Shown one piece after another: positions 18,095 to 34,414 of a stretch of 64,000 nucleotides of DNA. The stretch comes from the human T2T-CHM13v2.0 reference genome, Homo sapiens, in the NCBI RefSeq assembly GCF_009914755.1, contig NC_060935.1. One strand, given 5' to 3'. How positions within the stretch are numbered: the stretch's first letter is position 1; the number at the start of each line of letters is the position of its first letter. A model generated the notes under the pieces. It did no database searches. It was given only the letters and a program-made list of their open reading frames with translations, and was not told the origin of the DNA. A program made the position numbers and the translations under genes.

Positions 18095-18835
18095 GAGGGG
18101 AGTCTCTGGATAATCAGAGAAGGAGGGGAGTCTCTGGGTAATCAGAGGGAGGAGGAGGGGAGTCTCTGGGTAATTGGAGGAGGGGAGTCTCTGGGTAATC
18201 GGAGGAGGGGAGTCTGGGTAATCGGAGGAGGGGAGTCTCTGAGATGGAGGGGAGTCTCTGAATAATTGGAGAAGGAGGGGAGTCTCTGGGTAATCGGAGG
18301 GAGGAGGGGAGTCTCTGGGTAATCGGAGAAAGAGGGGAGTCTCTGGGTAATCGGAGGGAGGAGGAGGGGAGTCTCTGGGTAATCGGAAGGAGGAGGAGGG
18401 GAGTCTCTGGGTAATCGGAAGGAGGAGGAGGGCAGTCTCTGGGTAATCAGAGGGAGGAGGAGGGGAGTCTCTGGGTAATCGGAGGGAGGAGGAGGGGAGT
18501 CTCTGGGTAATCGGAAGGAGGAGGAGGGGAGTCTCTGGGTAATTGGAAGGAGGAGGAGGGCAGTCTCTGGGTAATCAGAGGGAGGAGGAGGGGAGTCTCT
18601 GGGTAATCGGAAGGAGGAGGAGAGGAGTCTCTGGGTAATCGGAAGGAGGAGGAGGGCAGTCTCTGGGTAATCGGAGGGAGGAGGAGGGGAGTCTCTGGGT
18701 ACTCGGAGGAGGAGGGCAGTCTCTGGGTAATCGGAGGGAGGAGGAGGGCAGTCTCTGGGTAATCGGAGGGAGGAGGAGGGGAGTCTCTGGGTAATCGGAG
18801 GGAGGAGGAGGGGAGTCTCCGGGTAATCAGAGGGA
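18095..18835. repeat. Purine-rich ~32-bp minisatellite (~24 copies)
   Basis: Unit ggagtctctgggtaatcggagggaggaggagg with variable GGA number. Confidence 0.95.
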
Positions 18836-18899
18836 CGAGGTTGGAGTGGCCGCTGTGATGGTGGATTACCATTGCACGTTTAGCCCAGAAGAGACAAAG

Positions 18900-19800
18900 A
18901 TGGTTAAACAGTGTGTGCGCAGTGGTTAATGGATACACACAGATCTTGTTGCTGTACAAGCTGAGGGGGCCTAGAACCAGCTATGCTTGCAGCAGTGAGC
19001 ACACCCAGGCCCAGATCCTGGTTCCTAGTGCCCTCCAGTCCACGGGGCCAGGGCTCTGAGGAGAAATGGCTGATTCCAGCACCGGGGCAGGAAATGCCCA
19101 GGATCAGCTGATCCTGGCAGTTCCAGAAAGTGAGGAGCTCTGTAAACAAAACCCCACAGTCACGGGATTGCGTCCCAGTGAAAGAGCCTCCCAGTGGCCA
19201 AAGAGCAACAAAATAATAAAGTAGTATTAGAATATAACCCAGAGTAGAAAATAAACATCCACGAGCCCATAGTGATATAAGTGATTGAGTAAATAAACAG
19301 AGGGAACAAGACCAACCTTCCCTGCAGAAGGTTTTCAGTAAATGAGGTAGATCCCCCCATTCCAGGAGCTGGCGTGAGCTCCCGGCACCGCTGTGCGCTG
19401 CGCGTGGTGACCTGACCTCCTTCCTGGGCGTGCAGCACGGAGAGGGCAGTGGGAGGAGGACGCTGCAGCCGAGGTGCCCGCAGACACCCCCAAGCCCAGT
19501 GGTCAGGTCAGCATGCACTGGTCATGTTCATGGCGTGGCCGACGGGGAGGCTGCTGCCCCATCCTCCCAACCCCGACGACCCCAGCCCGGCCATGCAGAG
19601 GCATAGTCGACCGTCTCACTAAGGAACATTCCACAGAATTCCTGACCAGGCCTCCTCCAAACCATCCAGGTCATCAGAGACAAGGAGAGTCTGAGAAACC
19701 GTCCCAGCCTCGGGGAGCCTGAAGAGACAGAACGAGTAGATGCCATGTGGCTTCCAGGAAGAGATTGTTGGGGGCGGGGCAGGGGGAAGGACATCAGGGG
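18900..19800 (+). mobile_element. Old L1 3' end (L1MD-like)
   Basis: ggagaaatggctgattccag and aatataacccagagtagaaaataaacatcc; an inverted homolog is visible at about 34260-34400. Confidence 0.6.
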
Positions 19801-19818
19801 AGAGCGAAGGAAGTGTAG

Positions 19819-20673
<855 letters not shown>

Positions 20674-20825
20674 CAAGTAATTCTTATGAACAAATTAGCC
20701 TTATAAAGTTGTCATAAACATTATGTGATGTGTGGCCAGGTTAGAGTCCTGTGTGACCCGGTCTGAGCTGGCCTCTGGGCAGCATGCCGTGTGGGGGCTG
20801 CCACAAGCTGATTCAGGGAGCACCG

Positions 20826-21437
20826 GCCTGGGGTGACGCACGCCTGTCGGGCGGAGGGCGGCCTGGGGTGACACGGATGGTGGCCTGGGATGACACGCGC
20901 CTGTCAGGCGGAGGGCGGCCTGGGGTGACACGCACCTGTCTGGTGGATGGCGGCCTGGGGTGACGCGCGCCTGTCGGGCGGATGGTGGCCTGGGGTGACG
21001 TGGATGGCGGCCTGGGGTGACGCAGATGGTGGCCTGGGGTGACGCGGATGGCGGCCTGGGGTGACGCAGATGGTGGCCTGGGGTGACGTGGATGGCGGCC
21101 TGGGGTGACGCGGATGGTGGCCTGGGGTGACGCGGATGGTGGCCTGGGGTGACGCGCACCTGTCTGGTGGATGGCGGCCTGGGGTGACGCGCACCTGTCG
21201 GGCGGATGGTGGCCTGGGGTGACGTGGATGGCGGCCTGGGGTGATGCAGATGGCGGCCTGGGGTGACGCGGATGGCGGCCTGGGGTGACGCGGATGGCGG
21301 CCTGGGGTGACGCGGATGGCGGCCTGGGGTGATGCGCACCTGTCGGGCGGATGGTGGCCTGGGGTAACGCGGATGGCGGCCTGGGGTGACGCAGATGGTA
21401 GCCTGGGGTGACGCGGATGGCGGCCTGGGGTGACGTG
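20826..21437. repeat. 22-bp GC-rich minisatellite with longer variant units
   Basis: Unit ggcctggggtgacgcggatggc; some units carry an extra gcacctgtcgggc-type insert. Confidence 0.95.
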
Positions 21438-22850
21438 CGCCTGCACCGGGAGCAGCTTCCCTTGGCCAGTGCCCATGTTCCTCTTTTCATTTTTATCTTT
21501 TCTGGGGAGGGTAGGGGGACGTTTTACTGTCTTTCCACTGAATGTTATGACCCTCCCCACGCCCCTTGGAGGCACAGCTGAGGTGGGGCCTATGTCTGGC
21601 TCCAGGGGGCCCTGAAAGGTACTTTTCACACCTCCCACCCCTCAGCACTGAGAGACCTCGGGAGGGGTACCGGTGACAGGGACGCGGGCCCCACCTTGCT
21701 GAACCCAGCAGCGAGGGCATCTCTGCCTCTGTCCCTGGAGGCTGACAGCGGTAGTGTGGGAGCTGGGGCCTGGGTGGAGACCGGGTCAGAAACTCAGGTT
21801 TCGCCTGGGTGGGCCATGAATGTCCTGCCGAGGGTGAGACCCTCAGGGCTCTGGGTGGAGAGCAGCACCTGCCCAGAACCAGTAGACCCTTGTCCCGGCT
21901 GCACCAGGGGCCAGCGACCTTGTGCCCTCCTCCATCCTGCAAGCCTCGGGCGGTGCTTGGCCTCACCTGCCTCTGTCTACTCAGGACTTTGAGGCCAGGC
22001 ACTCCTGCAGGCAGAGAGGGGAATTTCTGAGACTGAAGTTGTTACTGGGTATTTTTTAACAGCGCTGTCTTAAAAAATAGATAGCGTGTCTCTGTGGCCC
22101 CGTCTATTCTTGCGGCCACACGAACGTGCGTGTGTGTGTGCAGCTTCCCTCACGGCAGCCAAAACCCAGAGGCCGCCCAGCGTGCGAACACGCCAAGGTG
22201 TGACTGTCGGCACGGCACTGCCGAGCCGTGGGAGGGACTGGGTGGTGCAGCGGCCAGTGGATCTCAGACCCTGAGCTGAGCACGACTGGAGAGGATGGGC
22301 GCATCCGAGCGTCTGCAGAGCACAGAGCGCGTCCGCAGAGCGGGTCCACACCTTGGGTGCAGCGAGCGGATGTGAGCAGTGTGCCTGTGACCAGGGCTGT
22401 CTGCACATCCGCCGGCCTAAGCTGCTGCTCACCGAAACCCACTGGGACTCTGGCTGAGGCCGGCCCCAAGGAGCTTTGCCGAGGAGGGAGCACCTTGCCC
22501 CTGCCCAGAGCGGTCCCTCGCATCCTCCTTCCCGTGAACCTGCATCTTTGGTTGCAGTTACAGCTCTCACGCTTCCATCTTATGAATCACAGGAGTCCCG
22601 TTTGTTTTGGATGAGTTGACACCAAAAAGACACAGGAGCTCTCTAGAGACACTTCCTGGGGGTCCTGCCGCGTTGGAGCAGGGAGGCAGTAGCTCCTGAC
22701 GCCTTCCCTCCTACGTGGGCTTTGTGATCACTGATGGTCACATGCGGGGCATTCGGTGGCCTCTGTGTAGAGCCAGTGTCTTCCTGATGTGACACTGGGA
22801 ACCACCAGCAGCCCAAGCACAGGGACCTTCTCCTGGCCACTGGGCGGGCT

Positions 22851-23050
22851 GCAAATGTGAGGGCGAATGTTGGGTGCAGGGTGGTGGAGGTAGCTGGGCC
22901 TTCCCTGCCGCGGAGGAGGCAAATGTGAGCGCGAATGTCCAGCCCAGGGTGGTGGAGGTAGCTGGGCCTTCCCTGCCGCGGAGGCGGCAAATGTGAGGGC
23001 GAATGTCCGGCCCAGGGTGGTGGAGGTAGCTGGGCTTTCCCCGCGGCGGA
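22851..23050. repeat. 68-bp tandem repeat x3
   Basis: gcaaatgtgag...ggtggtggaggtagctgggc... starts at 22851, 22919 and 22987. Confidence 0.9.
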
Positions 23051-23197
23051 GTCGCCCAGCTCTGCCCGAGGCCCCTTCCTCCCGCCCCAGCATCAGGGGC
23101 TGTTCCACAATGGGTGTCTGGGGGTCCCTGCAGCCTCCCACCTCCCTCCTGGGAGAAGCCTGCACACACTGAGGGGCTGTTTGTTCTTTATTTGCAG

Positions 23198-23280
23198 AGG
23201 TATTGTGGCCAGTATTTTGGTTTTCTTATGTTTTGGAGTCACACAAGCTAAAGACGGGCCATTTTCCAGACCTCATCCAG
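23198..23280 (+). CDS. PTDSS2: PTDSS2 exon 3 (83 nt)
   Basis: tttgcag| ... |gtaact; encodes [27 protein letters not shown]; phase fits exon 2. Confidence 0.96.
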
Positions 23281-23579
23281 GTAACTTGCCATTTCCTTTT
23301 CCGTGTGCCCCTGTGGCATTTCTGTTCTGAGCGGCCACTCTGTGTCTGTGCTGCTGGGTGTGAGTGTCCTGTCCTCCCCTCCGCCTGGCCCCTCCCCGAG
23401 GCCTCCGAGGCCACTTCCCACATGGACAAGGGCGTGGGGTTCTGAGCTGGCCGTGTGCTCCTCCTCCAACCACCGAGGGTCTCTCCAGGCCTTCTCTGGC
23501 CCTTTCACTCTTCCCTGTCCAGGGCTCTCCAGCCCTTCTCTTCCTGCTTCTGCCTCCTCTTTCCACAGACCAGAGTGGC

Positions 23580-23810
23580 CGAGGGCTCCAGATGGGGCTA
23601 TGAGGCCGGGGGCAGGTGGGTGAGGGCACCAGATGGGGCTGTGAGGCCAGGGACTGTGGGCTCTAGGTGGGACTCTGAGACCAGAGGGGGCGGGGGTGGG
23701 TGAGGGCGCCAGATGGGGCTGTGAGGCCATGGGCGGGTGGGTGAGGGCTCCAGATGGGGCTGTGAGGCCATGGGCGGGTGGGTGAGGGCTCCAGATGGAG
23801 CTGTGAGGTG
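23580..23810. repeat. ~41-bp G-rich repeat, ~5 degenerate copies
   Basis: Unit gggtgggtgagggctccagatggggctgtgaggccatgggc. Confidence 0.85.
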
Positions 23811-24124
23811 CCGCCCACCCCCTGCCCTTGAAGTGGTTGCCCAGCGCACTCTGCCTCAGCCACCACCCCACCTTATGGCCCTGAGTTCTAACAAACCCTC
23901 GTGGGCCAGAGCATCCCGCCAATCTCAGTGTACTCTGTCCCCCAAGTCCCACCCCAGGAAGGCGGGCTCAGGCTTCTGTAGGGTCGGTTGTTTCCCCTGA
24001 GTGGCCACACGAAGTAATTAGAAACATTTTCTGTTTCAACAGGAGTATGTATTATAGAAAATTTCGAAAATACAAAGATACTTAAAAATAAAGCTACCCA
24101 CAAATAATAACCACTGTTAAATTT

Positions 24125-25722
24125 TCACGTGTTTGTGATACGGACATATTCACTTGTTTGTGTATACGGACATATTCACGTGTTTGTGTGTGCGGACATA
24201 TTCACACGTTCGTGTACGGACATATTCACGCGTTTATGATACGGACATAATCATGTCTTTGTGTATATGGACATGTTCACGCGTTTGTGATACGGACATA
24301 TTCACGAGTTTGTGTGATACGGACATATTCACGTGTTTGTGTGATACGGACATTCACGCGTTTGTGTGATATGGACACATTCACGTGTTTGTGTGTGGGA
24401 CATATTCACGCGTTTGTGTGATACGGACATATTCACGCGTTTGTGTGATACGGACATATTCACGCGTTTGTGATACGGACATATTCACGCGTTTATGATA
24501 TGGACATAATCACGTCTTTGTGTATATGGACATGTTCACGTGTTTGTGTGTACGGACATATTCACGCGTTTGTGATGACATATTCACGCGTTTGTGTGAT
24601 ACGGACATATTCACGCTTTTGTGATACGGACATATTCACGCGTTTGTGTGATACGGCCATATTCACGCGTTTGTGTGATACGGACATTCACGCGTTTGTG
24701 TGATATGGACACATTCACGTGTTTGTGTGTAGGACATATTCACGCGTTTGTGTGATATGGACATATTCACGCGTTTGTGATACGGACATATTCACACGTT
24801 TGTGTGATGCGGACATATTCACGCGTTTGTGTGATACGGACATATTCACGCGTGTGTGATACGGCCATATTCACGCGTTTGTGATACGGACATATTCACG
24901 CGTTTGTGTGATATGGCCATATTCACGTGTTTGTGATACGGACATATTCACACGTTTGTGTGATACGGCCATATTCACGCGTTTGTGATACGGACATATT
25001 CACACGTTTGTGTGATGCGGACATATTCATGCGTTTGTGATACGGACATATTCACGCGTTTGTGTGATACGGCCATATTCACGCGTTTGTGTGATACGGA
25101 CATTCACGCGTTTGTGTGTAGGACATATTCACGTGTTTGTGTGTATGGACATATTCACGCGTTTGTGATACAGACATTCACGCGTTTGTGTGTACAGACA
25201 TATTCACGCGTTTGTGTGATACAGATATATTCACGCATTTGTGATACGGCCATATTCACACGTTTGTGATACGGACATATTCACACGTTTGTGTGATACG
25301 GCCATATTCACGCGTTTGTGATACGGACATATTCACACGTTTGTGTGATGCGGACATATTCACGCGTTTGTGTGATACGGACATATTCACGCGTTTGTGA
25401 TATGGCCATATTCACGCGTTTGTGTGATACGGCCATATTCACGCGTTTGTGTGATACGGACATTCACGCGTTTGTGTGTAGGACATATTCACATATTTGT
25501 GTGTATGGACATATTCACGTGTTTGTGATACAGACATATTCACGCATTTGTGTGTACAGACATTCACGCGTTTGTGTGATACGGATATATTCACGCATTT
25601 GTGATACAGACATATTCACGCGTTTGTGTGATACGGCCATATTCACGTGTTTGTGTGATACGGACATTCACGCGTTTGTGTGTAGGACATATTCACGCGT
25701 TTGTGTGTACAGACATATTCAC
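24125..25722. repeat. 1.6-kb minisatellite, 25-27-bp unit (~60 copies)
   Basis: Unit gatacggacatattcacgcgtttgtgt. Confidence 0.97.
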
Positions 25723-26409
25723 AGCCTCGAAAGAGTGGAATCCTGAACACGTGGCTTTGTGCATTCTCCACTTCAGGTTCAACGACTTTAGTCATTTCCT
25801 TACTAATTTTTAAAATGACTTTAATCATTTAGGTTTAAATGACTTTAGTCATTTCCTTACTAATTTTTTAACACCCGAAATTTTAATGACTGCTTGTTTG
25901 CTGTCATTAGAATGTACTACATTTAACTAACTTATTTAAGCCATAATATTGTATATTTAGAGAGTTTCCAGTTTTATTTTAATAAACTAGGCTGTGGTGA
26001 ATTTTTTCACGTATGCTCTGTGTAAATATCTGATTATTCATTTAATAAAATGTCCCAGAAGTGAGTATTGAATTAAAGGGCATACACAGTTTAAGCCTGT
26101 GATATGTGTTATAAAATTGGCCTCCAGGAGAGCAGTGTCTGCCCCAGGGTCAGTGCCATGGTGGTGAGTGAAGCTCCCCCACCCACAGAGGCCCTGAGCA
26201 GGGAGCCGTCCGGTGACCCAAGCAGGCTGGTCTTGCTGGCCCCTTCCTTGCCCAGGGCCTTGAGAGAGGGCTCCTTGAGTGCCTGGCAGGCCACTCTGCT
26301 GGCTGACAGCTGTGTGGGAAGGGCCCAGGGCCCTGTCTGCCCAGCCGGCTGAGCACAGACGGTCTTGCCTCCAAGGGGTTTGGATTCCTCAGCAGAGCCG
26401 TAGAAGGTG

Positions 26410-26545
26410 CAGTGATGGTGAGAAACTGCCCGTCACACAGTGAAAAGCCTGGCGCCGTGACGGTGAGAAACTGCCCGTCACACAGTGAAAGGCCTGGCGC
26501 GGTGATGGTGAGAAACTTCCCGGCACACAGTGAAAAGCCTGGTGC
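26410..26545. repeat. 45-bp tandem repeat x3
   Basis: Unit gtgatggtgagaaactgcccgtcacacagtgaaaagcctggcgcc. Confidence 0.9.
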
Positions 26546-28379
26546 AGTTACGTGCTTGTTGGGTGGATTTGGAGGGAAGAAAAGCTGCCGGAAGCTCAAC
26601 CCATGGCCGTCCTTGCTTGGAGATGCACCAAATCCCTCCTGGGTGGCGGCATCACTGGGGACTGGGACGCAGCCGTGAGTGGGACAGACTGGTCAGCAGG
26701 CAGCAGCTTGTCCTGGCATGTGACCCCTGGCACAGGGAGAGACTCCCGGGAGACCCTCAGCTCTGAGCAGTCAGGAGCTCTGGCGCAGGTCACCTGGCGG
26801 GATGTGGAGCATCTGGGCCTGAAGGTCTTGGCGCTTCCAAAAGCTCCGGCCGCGGCGTCTCTTGAGTTGTGGCTCGTCCCCTCCCACTGGGCAGGACTGG
26901 GGGTTCCTGGGGTGTTCAGTTTTTAGTCTGAGCTCTGCTCTACCTTTCTTCTGTCCGTTTAGTTTGCTTGGCATAAATTCCATATTACTTTGCCAATCTT
27001 CGATTTATTGACGGGGAAGCCTGTCCTGGAGCCACCTTCTTCCACGCGTCTTGTTAACTTGGGGGCCGGCAGGGAGCCCTCAACCCTCTGCAGTCACAAC
27101 ACATTGAAGTGGACAAGTGATGAGTCCTGTGCAGCGGAGGCTCTGGGTGGGGGGCAGGGAGAAGGGCTTTCTCCAGAAAGGTGGTCCCTGTGGGCTCTGC
27201 CCACCTTCACACTCCCCTGGGTCTGGCCCAGGAATGCCCAGTCCGGCAGCTGTAGCCGTAGCCATTAGTGACTGGGCCTCATGAGGAGGAGTGGAAATGG
27301 GCCCAGCCCGGCCATCTGGGGTGCTGCTTTCTTTGGAAACTTGAGTTGGCTGCAGCTCTGAGGGAGGTGGAACGTTCTGGGCCACTGAGGAGGGCATCCC
27401 TCCTGTGTGAACGGCATTTTCTTCCTGGCTCCCTCTGAAGGCTGTGTCAGCCACAGCATTTCCAGGGCTGCTGAGGCTGCCTGTCTGTCTTTCCCCTCTG
27501 GTGTGATGTTTAGAAAGACAAATGAGTGCTGGGGCCTGGGGGGTGGCCCTGGGGTCAGGGAGGTGCTGGAGCTGCTCCGGGAAGCGACCCAGGAATGCAG
27601 ACCAAGGGCCTGCTGGGTATTCCGGGGCGGCAGCCTGGTGCTGGTCGGGTGGGAAGCGTGAGTGGGGAGAGGAGTCCGAGATGCCACCTTTCTGATCTGG
27701 GGAGCTGGGGCCTTCCCCAACAGGAGAAACATGAGAAAGATTCGACTTGGTAGTGCGGGGAGGGAAGTTAGTACTGGTCGTGGTGACCTGTGGCCCGCTC
27801 AGAACATGATGGTTTCATGGGTGTAGCTGTCCCCTCAGAGAGCGCCTGCAGGCCGGGCACCTGCTCCGAAGGCGTCCCCTTCAGTTGGCGAGCCCTTGTG
27901 GGGCGAGGGCTGCCCCGAGTTAATTTCACCACGAGCCCCTCAAACTCTTGGGCCACTGGGAAGTTTCCAGGTTCTTCTTATCCCAAGGCGTGAGGAAGAA
28001 GTTTGTGATCTCAGTCGTCTGTCTTGGGTCCCAGACCTCCCTGTGCAGCTTTTCCTAAGAACGCCAGGGCGTTTGTATTTCCTGCCAATGATGGCGGCTT
28101 TTCATGAGCCACGGGGGCCGTCTTCCCCTGAGTACGTCGGGGCCTCCTGCGTTTAGTCCGAAAACCTCACGTCTGCACGTCTTGCCGTGAGCTGCTCGGA
28201 GCCGTGGGAAGTCAGGAATTGAGGGATGGTTTCATGTTAGAAGTCTGTTAATGTAACTCATCACATCAACATGACAAAATTGATCCCCTTAAATGCAGAA
28301 AAACAAAAATTCACATTCATCCATGACAAAAACTTAACATACTGGAATTGAAAGATTTTTTTAACATGATAAAAAGTAT

Positions 28380-28873
28380 CCTAGCCTGGGCAACATGTCG
28401 AAACCCTATCTCTACAAAAAAAAAAAAAAATACAAAAATTAGCTGGATGTGGTGGCACGTACCTGTGGTCCCAGCTACTCAGGAGGCTCAGGTAGGAGGA
28501 TTGCTTGAGCCCAGGAGGCAGAGGTTGCAGTGCAACAAGATTGCACTCCAGCCTGGGCAACAGAGCCAGGACCTTGTCTCAAAAAAAAAAAGTGGCCAGC
28601 CACAGTAGCTCACACCTGTAATCCCAGCACTTTGGGAGGCTGAGGCGGGTGGACCATCTGAGGTCAGGAGTTCGAGACCAGCCTGGCCAACATGGTGAAA
28701 CCCTGTCCCGACTGAAAATACAAAAATTAGCCGGGTGTGCTGGACACCTGTGAGCCCAGCTACTCGGGAGGCTGAGGCAGGAGAATCACTTGAACCTGGA
28801 GGTGAAGGTTGCAGTGAGCTGAGATTGCACCACTGCACTCCAGCCTGGGCGACAGACTCCATCTAAAAAAAAA
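28380..28873 (+). mobile_element. Partial Alu plus full Alu inside an L1 fragment (~28240-29030)
   Basis: Alu consensus; L1 ORF2-like A-rich flanks. Confidence 0.85.
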
Positions 28874-29213
28874 AGGTATCCACCAAAAACCTACTCCAAA
28901 CTTAACGGCGCAAGTTTAGAAGCATCACTCGTAAACACAAGGCAGGGATGTGTGCTGACTGCTTCTGTGCAACAATTTATGGGCAAAAGATTTGAGTACT
29001 GGAATGGAAAAAATGAAGAAAAAAAATTCACTTTTCAGAGAGAAATTGTGCCTAATTCTGAGTTACAGCTTTCTTTATAAAGGCTCTCCCAGGGGCCTGT
29101 GAAGGGCCCAGAAGAGACACTGGGTGTGAAGGAGCCAGGAGCCGGCCTGGGGCTGAGCGGGGCCGTGGAGGCCTGGACCGGGCGCACTAACGTTCTGTCG
29201 TCTGTCTTTGTAG

Positions 29214-29281
29214 CTTACTGGAGGTTTTGGCTCTGCGTGAGTGTGGTCTACGAGCTGTTTCTCATCTTTATACTCTTCCAG
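29214..29281 (+). CDS. PTDSS2: PTDSS2 exon 4 (68 nt)
   Basis: Branch-point match cactaac at 29185-29191; ttgtag| ... |gtaagc; encodes (A)[22 protein letters not shown]. Confidence 0.96.
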
Positions 29282-30267
29282 GTAAGCTGTTTTTCTGGGT
29301 TGGATACCTGGGAACTTAGGTGACAGTGTGGCCCCAGGCATGGTGACAAAGGAGGCCTTGCCCACACAGCCCTCGAGTGATGGGAGGAAGCAGGGCTAGA
29401 CCCCCACAAAGTAGGCCGAGCTGCGGGGGGTCTCCAGGAGCATCTGTGCGGCCCTTGAGTGATGGGGGGCAGCAAAGCTAGACCTTCAAAACGTAGGCCG
29501 AGCTGCGGGGGGCCTCCAGGAGCATCTGCTGGTGGGGCGCTGACTGTGGCCATTTAGCAGGGCCACACTTAAGGAGGGCAGGGCCAGTGGTGCAGGCACA
29601 GAAGAGGGCAGGGCCAGTGGTGCAGCTGCCAGGGTGGCTTTGCCCACAGCTGTCGTATCTGAGTGCTGGTGGGGACTGGGCGTGAAGGGAGCCGCAAGTC
29701 AGGTCCTGCGATGCAGGCCAGCGTCTGCATGGCCGGGGCAAATCTGGGCCTCAGAGGGGACCCCAGCGCCAAGAGGGACGGGGTCTTTGTTTTTGTGTTT
29801 TGTGGTTGACCAGTGTGACTGTGTGTGCTTCTTCCCCATCCTGACCACATTCTGCAAGACGAGCAGGGTGCAGGTGGGAGACGCAGCTCCTTTGTAAATC
29901 CTGGGTCAGGCTGTGTTGCTGCTGCAAATGCCTACTTTATTAATACTCTTTGTTCTGTTTAACTTAGTGTAAACACACATTTTTGGGGCTGTCTTCAGCT
30001 TACAAAGGACTTTATTATTCCCAATCTTAAAACTCCATCAGTGCATGATGAGATTTTTTATCATCGTGGCAAAATTGACTTTTCTGAGGCAGTGTACATT
30101 CTGTGAATTTTAGCATTTGTGTAGACTTCTAGAAACACAATTAGGACGCACAAGAATTCCACTGGCCCTAAAACTCCTTTGTGTTACCCCTTGGTAGTCA
30201 TACCCGGCCCTGACCCCTGACAGCTGGTGAGGGTTCGCTTCTGTCTCTTCTAGAATGGAATCGTGGG

Positions 30268-33770
<3,503 letters not shown>

Positions 33771-34414
33771 TGAGGATGTCTGACGTTTTCTCAGTATTTG
33801 TCTGGGGTGAAGGCGCGCACTGGCACCATCACCATGACGTATCCCTGGCGCTGTGGACCTTGACTGCCTGGCGAGATGTGTCTGTCAGGCTTTCCACTGT
33901 CAATCCATAGTGCATTCTCCACAAGGAGGTCACTGGTGCAGCCTGCATGGAGGGAGGGGAGTTTCGTTGCCCCCCTTGGTGTGTGGCGTCTGCACGTTGC
34001 CAGGAATTCTTGTGCATGGGAGAGATCCTGCTTCTCTACCATTAGTTATTCCATCATGTATTTATTTATATCAGTGTGGACGTACAGATACTTGTCTTAC
34101 ACTTGCATATTTATTTCAGCGCTGCTCTATTTATCGTGGTGCCCAAATTCTTTTGCCAAAAGGAGTTTCCACGTGGTTCCTGTATTGCTTTCACACACCC
34201 TCACGGAGTTCTTGGCTTTTCGTTTTGTTTTTCTGAGGACATCCTGACTTCCTAGCACTGCGGGATGCTCCAGGCTCCTCCTGTCCACTCCCCACCCTGG
34301 TCCTGGAATCAGCCCCTTCTCCAAGAGCCTTGGGTCCTTACTGAATATTAGGAACTGAGGCCTGGGTGTTGGGTGGGCTGCGTGGTCCTGGGTGCCATAG
34401 CTCACAGAGGACGG

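Noticed and set aside
20701-21638. Pro/Arg/His-rich ORFs in three - frames
   Set aside because: These are translations of the 22-bp minisatellite.
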